From an uncultured delta proteobacterium (GTDB lineage: Bacteria > Myxococcota_A > UBA9160 > PR03): 64,000 nt of DNA. Under the pieces are notes generated by a model. That model was not told where the DNA came from and made no database searches. It was given only the letters and a program-made list of their open reading frames with translations. Of this stretch, positions 30,758 through 39,461 are shown piece after piece. Numbering within the stretch: the first letter of the stretch is position 1; each line of letters starts with the position of its first letter. The stretch spans positions 422,245 through 486,244 of the forward strand of contig CAWDFQ010000010.1 of NCBI GenBank assembly GCA_963801625.1. The letters run 5' to 3'. The translations under genes and the position numbers were made by a program.

Positions 30758-30985
30758 ATGAAGATCTGGCCCGTACCCGGCACCCTGCTCTCGCTCGTCA
30801 GCGGTTCGCTGCCCGATGCAACGCCCAACGACCTCGACGACGTAGACGAGAACGAGATCGTCCACGTCGCACCCAGCGGCTTCGGCATCGAAGGCGACGG
30901 CTACTACGTCTGGGACGAGGACCGCCGCGAAGCAGAAGACTGGGCGACCCTGCTGGCCAGCCCGGCGTTTCCGAAGCGTTCGTGA
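30758..30985 (+). CDS. small acidic hypothetical protein (75 aa)
   Basis: Strong RBS gggaggag before the ATG. The product is MKIWPVPGTLLSLVSGSLPDATPNDLDDVDENEIVHVAPSGFGIEGDGYYVWDEDRREAEDWATLL. It is divergent from the TIR-like cassette. Confidence 0.45.
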   Translation: MKIWPVPGTLLSLVSGSLPDATPNDLDDVDENEIVHVAPSGFGIEGDGYYVWDEDRREAEDWATLLASPAFPKRS

Positions 30986-31064
30986 CTTCGCCTCGGGCTT
31001 CGCGCGCTTTGCTGTGCAGCGACTCGACCTGCGCGCGCGACCTCCGCGTGGAGCTCGGGTCCGG

Positions 31065-31550
31065 CTACTTCCACTCTTCGGGCTTCGCCGTCGCGAGATG
31101 CTGGATCCACCACTGCGGCGCGCGTCCGAGCAGCGTCTGCAAGTCCCAGTAGTCGCGCCAGGCGGCGATCTTGCCGTCGTCGCGGATCTCGTGGATCGAG
31201 ACGAACGGCAGCTCCACGACCTCGCCGGTCGGGAAGTGCCAGTCTTCCTGATGCTCGGTGACGACGGTGTCGCCGTCGCAGACCATGAACTTCAAATGGT
31301 GTACCTGCTTCTCGAGCGGCTCGAGCCCGAGCCGCAGCCGCGCCGCGACGCCGCGCGGACCGACCGCGCCGGCATCGGGCGTCGGCACGTCGACGTAGCT
31401 GCCGTCGGCGGCGAAGAAGGCGCCGACGCCGTCGAAGTCGCGGCGGTAGAGGGTGTCCCAGAAGCGGCGGATGAGGTCGAGGTTCTGCTCGCGCGTGCGC
31501 ATCGCGGCGAGCATACCAGCGACCGGCTCGATGCGAGGCTCGGTCCGCAT
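31065..31550 (-). CDS. SnoaL-like / limonene-1,2-epoxide hydrolase family protein
   Basis: Intact 161-aa ORF. NLDLIRRFWDTLYRRDFDGVGAFFAADGSYVDVP ... WRDYWD. Confidence 0.7.
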   Translation of the reverse strand: MRTEPRIEPVAGMLAAMRTREQNLDLIRRFWDTLYRRDFDGVGAFFAADGSYVDVPTPDAGAVGPRGVAARLRLGLEPLEKQVHHLKFMVCDGDTVVTEHQEDWHFPTGEVVELPFVSIHEIRDDGKIAAWRDYWDLQTLLGRAPQWWIQHLATAKPEEWK

Positions 31551-31591
31551 GACGTTGCAGCGAGGCCACGCCCTCCGCTATCCCGCTCTTC

Positions 31592-32398
31592 GTGACGACG
31601 CGCTTCGACCGCGACACCGCCGTCCGCAAGCTCGACGCGCCCGCCGGCGCGACGGTCCACGAGGCGTGCATCGACCGCGGCTGGTGGGTGGTGCGCGGTC
31701 CCAACGGCGGCTACGTCGCGGCGCTCGTGTTGCGGGCGCTCGCGGGCAGCGTTGATGCGGATCGCGCGCCGCGCTCGCTCACCGTTCACTACACGGCCCC
31801 GCCGGTCGAAGGCCCGGTGCGCATCGAGACACGCGTCGAGCGGGTCGGTCGCTCGATGAGCGCCGTGTCGGGACGCATGCTGCAGGGCGATCGCGTGCTG
31901 GCGCTCGCGCTCGGCGCGTTTTCGAAGCCGCGCGTCGGCCCGAGCTTCGACGACACCGCGATGCCCGACGCGCCGCCGCCCGAAGACTGCGAGTCGTTCG
32001 CGAAGATGATTCCGATCCACGAGCGCTACGACTACCGCTTCGCGGTTGGCACGCCGCCCGGATCGGGCGCGGATCGGGCGCTCATCGGCGGCTGGATCCG
32101 CAGCGCCGAGCCGCGTGTCGCAGATGCCGCGCTCGTCACCGCGTTCACCGACGCATGGCCGCCGGCGTGCTTCGCGTGGGCGAAGGATCCCGACGGGATC
32201 GGCCCAGTGCCCACCGTCGACCTCACCGTCCATTTTCGCCGCGAGTTGCCGCTCGCGAACGCGAGGCCCGACGACTTCTATCTCGCGGTGTTCCGCTCGC
32301 GCTTCGCAGAGCAGGGCTTCGTCGAAGAAGACGGCGAAGTATGGAGTCGCGACGGACTGCTACTCGCGCAGTCGCGCCAACTCGCCGTGATCGGCTGA
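31592..32398 (+). CDS. acyl-CoA thioesterase (TesB-like double hotdog)
   Basis: Intact 268-aa ORF. WWVVRGPNGGYVAALVLRAL and C-terminal SRDGLLLAQSRQLAV. Confidence 0.7.
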   Translation: MTTRFDRDTAVRKLDAPAGATVHEACIDRGWWVVRGPNGGYVAALVLRALAGSVDADRAPRSLTVHYTAPPVEGPVRIETRVERVGRSMSAVSGRMLQGDRVLALALGAFSKPRVGPSFDDTAMPDAPPPEDCESFAKMIPIHERYDYRFAVGTPPGSGADRALIGGWIRSAEPRVADAALVTAFTDAWPPACFAWAKDPDGIGPVPTVDLTVHFRRELPLANARPDDFYLAVFRSRFAEQGFVEEDGEVWSRDGLLLAQSRQLAVIG

Positions 32399-32424
32399 GG
32401 CGCGCAGCGACCGGGGGGGTGGGC

Positions 32425-33207
32425 ATGAACGGCGACCTCGACAAACACTCTTCGACGCGCGACTCCACCTGGCTGCTCTGGCTCGGGCTCTCGCTCACCG
32501 CGTTCTGGGTCGCGATGCAGCTCTACTACATCGTGGACATCGTCGGCTTCCGTGACTTCGTCGACGAAGGCCCGCCTTCGGTCGGCGGATTCCTGGAAGG
32601 GGCGTTCGCGCCGCTCGCCTTCCTGTGGCTCGTCGTCGGTTTCTTCCTGCAGCGCGAGGAGCTGCAGCGTTCGAGTCGCGCGATCGACCTGCAGTACCAG
32701 GAGATGCGCCGCGCTTCCGAGCACGCGGAGGTGCAGGCGCGCGCGATCGCCGGGAGCGAGCTGCACGCGCGGCAGGAAGCGTTCCTGCGCCTCGCGGAGT
32801 TGATCCATCAGCAGCTCGCGACGTCGCTCGGCCTGCTCTTCATGTCGAGCCAGACGGTTGCGGCGGGCGGCACCGCTTCGGTCGAAGAGACCACCGCGAT
32901 GTGGACCCAGCTCGGCAACGGCGACGTCTTCGTATTCGGCCGCGGGATGATGGGGGCGCACTTCCGGGGCGACGGCGAACAGGACAGCTGGGCGCTGTTC
33001 TGGTCGACCCCGATCCGCACGCGCCACAGCGAGACCTTCATCCGCATCTTCGATCGCATGATCGAGCGCGCACGCGGCTGCGACGCCGACGGACTGCTGG
33101 TCGAGACGCTGCTCGGCAGCATGCATGGGCAGGTCCGCACGCTGATGGACGCGGTCCGCGACTTCGCTCCACCGGCAACTCGCGCGCAAACCCTTGGGGA
33201 CGCGTGA
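32425..33207 (+). CDS. membrane-anchored hypothetical protein
   Basis: The ATG follows a G-run. Two N-terminal TM helices (WLLWLGLSLTAFWVAMQLYYIV, FAPLAFLWLVVGFFL) precede a soluble helical region. I recognised no family. Confidence 0.55.
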   Translation: MNGDLDKHSSTRDSTWLLWLGLSLTAFWVAMQLYYIVDIVGFRDFVDEGPPSVGGFLEGAFAPLAFLWLVVGFFLQREELQRSSRAIDLQYQEMRRASEHAEVQARAIAGSELHARQEAFLRLAELIHQQLATSLGLLFMSSQTVAAGGTASVEETTAMWTQLGNGDVFVFGRGMMGAHFRGDGEQDSWALFWSTPIRTRHSETFIRIFDRMIERARGCDADGLLVETLLGSMHGQVRTLMDAVRDFAPPATRAQTLGDA

Positions 33208-33266
33208 TCCGGCCGCCCTTCCAGTTCAGTCTCGATGCCGGGCGTCCGAAACGAGACGGCGACGCC

Positions 33267-34157
33267 ATGCCGATCGATCGCGATACACCCAAGATCACGC
33301 TCACCGATCCGGAGGTCCTCGCGCCGTCGGGTGGTGAGACCTGTCTGGTTTCGATCTACGGGCCGAATCTCGGTCGGCGCTGGTCGGTCGACCGCGACGA
33401 AATGATCGTCGGTCGCGAGAACGAGTGCGACGTGATGGCGCCGATCGACACCGTGTCGCGGCGCCACTGCCTGCTGCGCCAACGCGGAGGAGCGGTCTTC
33501 CTCACCGACCTCGGTTCGACCAACGGCACCGCGCTGAACGACGAGGTGCTCCCGCCCCACGAGGAGTTCACGCTGCACTCCGGCGACCGGATCCGCGCCG
33601 GCTCAGCGATCTTCAAGTTCCTGCGCGGCGACGACGTCGAGTCGCTCTATCACGAAGAGATCTACCGCACGATGATCGCGGACGGTCTCACCGGCGCGCA
33701 CAATCGGCGCTTCTTCAGCGAGTTCCTCGAGCGCGAGATGGCCCGCTGCTCGCGCCACGGTCGCCCGCTCTCGCTCGTGCTCTTCGACCTCGATCACTTC
33801 AAACTCGTGAACGACGGCTTCGGTCACCTGAGCGGCGACGAGGTGCTGCGCGAAGTGGCGAAGCTGGTGCGAGAACAAGTGCGCCGCGAGGACTGCTTCG
33901 CGCGATACGGCGGCGAGGAGTTCGCCGTGGTGCTGACCGAAACCAATCTCGAAGCCGCACTCGAGTTTGCCGAGCGACTGCGCGGGCGCGTCGAGGTACA
34001 CGAGTTCAAGGCCGGCAGCGAGTCGATCCCCGTCACGATCTCGGTGGGCGTCGCCGCGATGACCCGGGACACGCGCGATTCCGCCGACTTCCTCGCCGCC
34101 GTCGACACCCACCTCTACGAAGCCAAGTCCGCCGGCCGCAACCGCATCGCCAGCTAA
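33267..34157 (+). CDS. FHA domain + GGDEF diguanylate cyclase
   Basis: FHA region: IVGRENECDVMAPIDTVSRRHCLLRQRGGAVFLTDLGSTNGTALN. GGDEF region: LTGAHNRRFF...FDLDHFKLVNDGFGH...RYGGEEFAVV. Confidence 0.9.
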   Translation: MPIDRDTPKITLTDPEVLAPSGGETCLVSIYGPNLGRRWSVDRDEMIVGRENECDVMAPIDTVSRRHCLLRQRGGAVFLTDLGSTNGTALNDEVLPPHEEFTLHSGDRIRAGSAIFKFLRGDDVESLYHEEIYRTMIADGLTGAHNRRFFSEFLEREMARCSRHGRPLSLVLFDLDHFKLVNDGFGHLSGDEVLREVAKLVREQVRREDCFARYGGEEFAVVLTETNLEAALEFAERLRGRVEVHEFKAGSESIPVTISVGVAAMTRDTRDSADFLAAVDTHLYEAKSAGRNRIAS

Positions 34158-34161
34158 CCCC

Positions 34162-34239
34162 GTTGACTTGGGAACGTTGACTTGGGGACGTTCCTGCTGC
34201 TGTTGACTTAATTGCCAGCAGGAACGTCCCCAAGTCAAC
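34162..34239. repeat. palindromic repeat family A, copy 2 (perfect 24-bp arms)
   Basis: A partial gttgacttgggaac is followed by gttgacttggggacgttcctgctg (34176-34199) and cagcaggaacgtccccaagtcaac (34216-34239). The loop contains gttgactt. It starts 5 nt after the GGDEF stop. Confidence 0.9.
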
Positions 34240-34302
34240 ACGCGTTGACGCGGTTGGCGGGGGCCTAGTGTCGGGCGTGTTCTGTGCCTCGCCGGAGTAG
34301 CC

Positions 34303-35232
34303 ATGCCGCTCGACCCGCAGGCCCGTTTCGTGCTCGACCAACTCGCCGCGCAGGGTGGTCTGGAGCTGCATGAGCTGACGCCCACGGAGGCGCGTCGGGT
34401 GTTCTCGGCGCTGCAACTGCCGATTCCCGGCGAGCCGGTCGCGCACGTCGAGAACCGCAGCATCCCCGGTCCCGCCGGTGCGGTGCCGGTGCGGGTGTAC
34501 CGTGCCGAAGGCGTTGCGACGCCCGCGCCCGGCGTCGTCTACTTCCACGGCGGCGGCTGGGTGGTCGGCGACCTCGAGTCGGAGGACAACTTCTGCCGCG
34601 CGCTTGCGAACCGCACCGACGCCATCGTCGTGTCGGTGGACTACCGGCTCGCGCCCGAGCACCGCTGCCCCGCCGCTGCCGAAGACTGCTACGCCGCGAC
34701 GCGTTGGGTCGCCGACCACGGCGCCGCGATCGGCGTCGACGGCACGCGCATCGCGATTGCGGGCGACAGTGCGGGCGGCAACCTCACAGCGGTCGTTGCG
34801 CTGCTGGCGCGCGATCGCGGCGGGCCGTCGCTGCGCCATCAGGTGCTGATCTACCCGGTCGCGGATCACGACTTCGAGACGCAGTCGTACCGCGACAACG
34901 CCACCGGCTACCTGCTCACGCGCGCGAGCATGCAGTGGTTCTGGAGCCACTACGCCCCGGACGAAGCCCAGCGCCGCGCGGTCCACGCATCGCCGCTGCG
35001 CGCCGAGAAACTCGTCGGGCTCCCGCCCGCGACCGTGATCACCGCCGAGTACGATCCGCTGCGCGACGAAGGCGAAGCCTACGCCGCACGCCTGCGCGAA
35101 GCCGGCGTCGCCACCGTGGCGACGCGCTACGACGGCCAAGTCCACGGCTTCGTCAGCCTCTTCGACGTCTTCGAGCAGGGCAAAGTGGCGACCGAGCAGA
35201 TCGCCGCGGCGCTTCGCGCGGAGCTCGCCTAG
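34303..35232 (+). CDS. alpha/beta-fold esterase/lipase (HSL family)
   Basis: Intact 309-aa ORF with HGGGW oxyanion motif and GDSAGG nucleophile elbow. Confidence 0.9.
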   Translation: MPLDPQARFVLDQLAAQGGLELHELTPTEARRVFSALQLPIPGEPVAHVENRSIPGPAGAVPVRVYRAEGVATPAPGVVYFHGGGWVVGDLESEDNFCRALANRTDAIVVSVDYRLAPEHRCPAAAEDCYAATRWVADHGAAIGVDGTRIAIAGDSAGGNLTAVVALLARDRGGPSLRHQVLIYPVADHDFETQSYRDNATGYLLTRASMQWFWSHYAPDEAQRRAVHASPLRAEKLVGLPPATVITAEYDPLRDEGEAYAARLREAGVATVATRYDGQVHGFVSLFDVFEQGKVATEQIAAALRAELA

Positions 35233-35256
35233 CCTACGGCCAAGGGGTGAACCTTC

Positions 35257-35841
35257 ATGAAGAACGGGCTGTCGATACTCGTAGTCGCACTGAGTGCGGC
35301 GTTGCTGGCATGCGCTTCGACCCAGGAGACGGCGAGTTCCCAACCGCCGCCGAGCGGACTGATCTCGGAGGGCGCCGTCACCGCAACCGCAGTCGTCGAG
35401 AAGATCGACGTCGCGAAGCGCTTGGTCACGCTGCGCAAAGCCGACGGCCAGTTGACGGAGCTGCAGGCCGACGAGTCGGTCAAGAACCTGCCGCAGGTGA
35501 AGAAGGGCGACCGGGTCGTCGTGAAATACTACGAGTCGCTCGCCTACGAGGTGAACAAGCCTGGCGCGGCGACACCCGGCACCGCCGGCGCCGAGCAGGT
35601 CGCGACGGCCGCACCCGGGGCGAAGCCGGGGAAGGTCGCGGCGCGCCAGGTCGAAATCACCACCACGATCGAGGCGATCGACAAGAAGATGTCGATGGTC
35701 ACGCTGAAGGGCGCCGACGGGAAGCTGACCCCCGTGAAGGTGAAAGACCCGAGCAAGCTCGACCGCGTGCGCGTCGGCGACCTCGTGACGATCACCTACT
35801 CGCAGGCGGTCGCGGTGGCGGTGGAACCGGCGCCGAAGTAG
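35257..35841 (+). CDS. lipoprotein with two internal repeats
   Basis: Signal and lipobox ALSAALLAC. The two related halves are VEKIDVAKRLVTLRKADGQLTEL...GDRVVVKY and IEAIDKKMSMVTLKGADGKLTPV...GDLVTITY. Confidence 0.7.
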   Translation: MKNGLSILVVALSAALLACASTQETASSQPPPSGLISEGAVTATAVVEKIDVAKRLVTLRKADGQLTELQADESVKNLPQVKKGDRVVVKYYESLAYEVNKPGAATPGTAGAEQVATAAPGAKPGKVAARQVEITTTIEAIDKKMSMVTLKGADGKLTPVKVKDPSKLDRVRVGDLVTITYSQAVAVAVEPAPK

Positions 35842-35897
35842 CGGCGCTGCTCACGGGTGCCACGAGTTGCGTTCGCCTGCGGCTCGCATCGCACCCT

Positions 35898-38048
35898 CTA
35901 CACTGATCTGCACAAGCTCGCCACCGCGTTCGCGACGAGACGCAGCCCCAGTTCCCCCGGCGTCAGGATCGACTCCGGGTGGAACTGGACGGCGGCGAGC
36001 GCTTCGCTGGCGTGTTCGAGCGCCATCACCACACCGTCGTCACTCTCCGCCGTCACGCGCAGCTCGGCGGGCAGCGTCTCGCGAAGCGCGTAGAGCGAGT
36101 GGTAGCGACCGGCACGGAAGCGCTTCGGCAACCCGTCGAAGAGCGCGCCGCCCCCCACTTCGATCCAGGACGACTTGCCGTGCACCGGGTAGTCGAGCAC
36201 GCCGAGCTTGCCTCCGAAGTGTTCGACCATGGCCTGCAGTCCGAGACACACGCCAAAGACCGGAATGCCGCGCGCGCGCAGCGCCGCGAGCGTTCCCGAG
36301 ACGTCGAAATCGGACGGTCTCCCCGGCCCCGGTGAGAGCACCGCGAGATCGGGTGCGAGCACGTCGAGATCGGCGTGCGGGAAGCCGCTCCGCCACGTTT
36401 CCACACTCGCGCCGGTCTGGCGCAGATAGTTGGCGAGCGTGTGCACGAACGAGTCCTGGTGATCGACGAGCAGGACGCGCTTGCCGAGGCCCACCTTCGT
36501 GAACGACTCGCGCGACGTTTCGGGCACGACACCGTCCGGCCGGCGGATCGCGTCCACCAGCGCCGACGCCTTGACGTGCGTCTCCTCCTCCTCGGCTTCG
36601 GGATCCGAGTCGTAGAGCAGCGTCGCGCCGACGCGAATCTGCGCGATGCCGTCCTGCACGCGGATCGTGCGCAGCGTGAGCCCCGTATTGAGATTGCCGT
36701 CGAAGCCGACGAACCCGACGGCGCCACCGTACCAGGCACGCGACGAGCGTTCGTGGTCCTCGATGAACTGCATCGCCCACGCCTTGGGCGCACCCGTCAC
36801 CGTGACCGCCCACGCGTGGCACAGAAACGCGTCGAGCGAGTCGAAATCGGGGCGCAGCGTTCCCTCGACGTGGTCGACGGTATGGATCAGCCGCGAGTAC
36901 AACTCGATCTGACGGCGACCGATCACGCGCACCGAACCGGGTTCGCAGATGCGCGACTTGTCGTTGCGATCGACGTCGGTGCACATCGTCAGCTCCGACT
37001 CGTCCTTCTCGGAGGTGAGCAGCGCCTTGATCTGCTCGGCGTCCTCGATCGCATTGCTCCCGCGGCGGATCGTTCCCGAGATCGGACAGGTCTCGACGCG
37101 GCGCCCCTCGACGCGCACGAACATCTCGGGCGACGCACCGACCAGGTACTCGCTCTCGCCGAGATTCATCAAGAAGCCATAGGGAGCGGGGTTGCGGCGC
37201 CGCAGGCGACCGAAAACGGTGGCAGGCGAATCGAGCGCCGACTCGAAGAAGGTCTGGCCGGGCACCACTTCGAAGAGATCGCCGCGCCGGAACGACTCCT
37301 TCGCGCCCCGCACGACGCCGGCGTACTCGCCGGGCGCGTGGTCGGTCGCTCGTTCGATCTCGGCGCGACCCGTGTAGGGCGTGGCGATGCCCGTGCGCGG
37401 CAGCCCGTGCGTCGAGGCGCCGTCGCTGCGGAACTCGTAGCGACGGCGCATCGCGAGCTCTCGGCGATGGTCGACGAGCAGCAGCTCGTCGGGCAGATAG
37501 AGCAGCAGATCGCGCTGGCGCGCGGGCCGCTCGAGTCGCAGCCGCAGCGGCTCGAACTGCAGCGCGAGGTCGTAGCCGAAGGCGCCGTAGAGGCCGAGGT
37601 GCGCATCGGCGTCCGATCCGAAGAGTTCCACCAGTGCGCGCAGCACCGAGAACACCGACGGCTGACGACTGCGTTCTTCTTCGGGGAAGTGACCCTCGGA
37701 CTCGCGCACGCTGCAGCGCAGCGACGTCTCGCCCCCCTCGAAGCTCGCGACCGCCGCGAGATCCGCGAGAGCGCGCGCGATCGGCGACAACAGAACGACA
37801 CCGCGTGGATTCAGCGCTTCGATCGCGACGTTGCGCCCGCGCGCCACCAGCACCAGCGCCGGATCGACGAAGCCCATGTCCCAACGGGTGTAGCGACCGG
37901 GGTACTCGTAGCTCGACGCCAGCAGCACGCCGCGATGCGCATCGAGCTGCGCCGTCAGCGCGTCGAGCGCGACCTGACCCGCGACGGGCTCGATGCTGCA
38001 CTCGACGCCGATCCCACCGCGCGTTTCGTAGCTGCGAACTTCATTCAT
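35898..38048 (-). CDS. trpE: anthranilate synthase, fused component I-II (TrpE-TrpG)
   Basis: Intact 716-aa ORF. The chorismate-binding part reads GSPEMFVRVEGRRVETCPISGT...GGAVGFVGFDGNLN. The C-terminal amidotransferase has catalytic GVCLGLQAM. Confidence 0.95.
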   Translation of the reverse strand: MNEVRSYETRGGIGVECSIEPVAGQVALDALTAQLDAHRGVLLASSYEYPGRYTRWDMGFVDPALVLVARGRNVAIEALNPRGVVLLSPIARALADLAAVASFEGGETSLRCSVRESEGHFPEEERSRQPSVFSVLRALVELFGSDADAHLGLYGAFGYDLALQFEPLRLRLERPARQRDLLLYLPDELLLVDHRRELAMRRRYEFRSDGASTHGLPRTGIATPYTGRAEIERATDHAPGEYAGVVRGAKESFRRGDLFEVVPGQTFFESALDSPATVFGRLRRRNPAPYGFLMNLGESEYLVGASPEMFVRVEGRRVETCPISGTIRRGSNAIEDAEQIKALLTSEKDESELTMCTDVDRNDKSRICEPGSVRVIGRRQIELYSRLIHTVDHVEGTLRPDFDSLDAFLCHAWAVTVTGAPKAWAMQFIEDHERSSRAWYGGAVGFVGFDGNLNTGLTLRTIRVQDGIAQIRVGATLLYDSDPEAEEEETHVKASALVDAIRRPDGVVPETSRESFTKVGLGKRVLLVDHQDSFVHTLANYLRQTGASVETWRSGFPHADLDVLAPDLAVLSPGPGRPSDFDVSGTLAALRARGIPVFGVCLGLQAMVEHFGGKLGVLDYPVHGKSSWIEVGGGALFDGLPKRFRAGRYHSLYALRETLPAELRVTAESDDGVVMALEHASEALAAVQFHPESILTPGELGLRLVANAVASLCRSV

Positions 38049-38108
38049 CGGGACTCTCCTGCAACTTCGTCCCGTCGCCCCCGCGATCGGCCTCTCGCAT
38101 CCACAACG

Positions 38109-38134
38109 AAAAAAGCCGCCTCGGAAGAGACGGC
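38109..38134 (-). terminator. Rho-independent attenuator terminator in the trpE(G) leader
   Basis: GCCGUCUC-UUCC-GAGGCGGC followed by UUUUUU, 60 nt upstream of the trpE ATG. Confidence 0.85.
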
Positions 38135-38169
38135 CTTGGAAGACTTCACGCCCAAACCCGGCAGCCGCC

Positions 38170-38265
38170 TCAAGGGAGAGAGCGCCACCACCACGGCGTT
38201 GCGGTTCGACCAGTTCGCGCGTTTCGCACGTTTCGCATCTTTCGCACGTTTTCGCTTCGAATCAT
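38170..38265 (-). CDS. trpL: trp leader peptide (31 codons, three consecutive Trp codons)
   Basis: The product is MIRSENVRKMRNVRNARTGRTATPWWWRSLP*. TGG TGG TGG lies 4 codons before the stop, and the stop overlaps the first GAGGCGGC copy. Confidence 0.8.
   Translation of the reverse strand: MIRSENVRKMRNVRNARTGRTATPWWWRSLP
38213..38258 (-). repeat. five tandem 9-nt units (nTGCGAAAn) inside the leader ORF
   Basis: agcgaaaac gtgcgaaag atgcgaaac gtgcgaaac gcgcgaact encodes SEN-VRK-MRN-VRN-ART. Confidence 0.8.
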
Positions 38266-38300
38266 CGCGATCGGCACCTTCCCACAGATCCCTGGAGGCG

Positions 38301-39341
38301 TCAAGCAGCGGGCCGCAGCTCGGGCTGCGCACGGAGCATGGTTGCGATCCGTGCAATCGCTTCGTCGATGTCGTCCGTCGAGACGTCGAGGTGCGTCACC
38401 GCGCGGAAGCGCCCCGGATCGAGCGGGATCACCCCCACGCCGCATGCATGCGCCGCGCGCGCGAAGCCCATCGTATCCGCCACGCCGAACATCACGATGT
38501 TGGTCTCGGGCCACGGATCGACCGGCAGGCCGAGGTTCTGAAGCCCTTCCGCGAAGCGGCGCGCATTCGCATGATCGTCGGCCAGCCGCGGCACGTGATG
38601 GTCGAGTGCATGGAGCGCGGCAGCCGCAATGATGCCCGCCTGCCGCATCCCGCCGCCGAACCGCTTGCGCAGCCGGCGCGCGTGGCCGATCGCGTCGCGC
38701 GAGCCGCACAGCACCGACCCGACCGGCGCGCCGAGTCCCTTCGAGAAGCAGAACGACAGCGTGTCGAAGTGCGCGGCCCAGAGCTTCGCGTCGATGCCCG
38801 AGGCGACCGCCGCGTTGAACAGGCGCGCACCGTCGAGATGCGCGCGCAGGCCTTTGTCATGCGCGGCCGCGGTGGCGGCGGCGAGCTGCGCGAGCGGAAA
38901 GATGCGACCCCCCGAAGCGTTATGGGTGTTCTCGATGGCGAGCAGCGACGTTGGTGCGAAGTGCACGTTGCTGGCGGGCAGCACGGCGGCGCGCACGTCT
39001 TCTTCGTCGAAGAGCCCGCGTCTGCCGATCGGCGTGATCTGTACGCCCGAGAGCGCGGCCGCTCCGCCCGCTTCGTAGCGGAGGATGTGCGCGCCCTGGC
39101 TCGCGAGCACCGAGTCGCCGTGCCGCGTGTGAAGGGCGATCGCGATCTGGTTCGCCATCGTGCCCGAGGGAACGAAGACCGCGGCCTCTTTGCCGACGCG
39201 CTCGGCCGCCGCCGCTTCGAGGCGGTTCACGGTCGGGTCCTCGCCGAAGACGTCGTCGCCGACCTCGGCGTTCGCCATCGCCTCCCGCATCGCGGGTGTG
39301 GGGCGCGTCACGGTGTCGCTGCGCAGGTCGATCGGTCGCAT
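38301..39341 (-). CDS. ltaE: low-specificity L-threonine aldolase
   Basis: [22 protein letters not shown]...GTMANQIAI...[13 protein letters not shown] (PLP lysine). Intact from the ATG at 39341. Confidence 0.9.
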   Translation of the reverse strand: MRPIDLRSDTVTRPTPAMREAMANAEVGDDVFGEDPTVNRLEAAAAERVGKEAAVFVPSGTMANQIAIALHTRHGDSVLASQGAHILRYEAGGAAALSGVQITPIGRRGLFDEEDVRAAVLPASNVHFAPTSLLAIENTHNASGGRIFPLAQLAAATAAAHDKGLRAHLDGARLFNAAVASGIDAKLWAAHFDTLSFCFSKGLGAPVGSVLCGSRDAIGHARRLRKRFGGGMRQAGIIAAAALHALDHHVPRLADDHANARRFAEGLQNLGLPVDPWPETNIVMFGVADTMGFARAAHACGVGVIPLDPGRFRAVTHLDVSTDDIDEAIARIATMLRAQPELRPAA

Positions 39342-39461
39342 CGCGCGCAGAGTATCGCCCGCTGGCAGAGCGCGCAGCCGTCGATCTCGGAGCTGGCCGA
39401 AGGTCATCGCCGTGGAAGCGCAGCAAGGCTCGTCGAAGTCGGCCGCGTTGCGATCGCGCGC

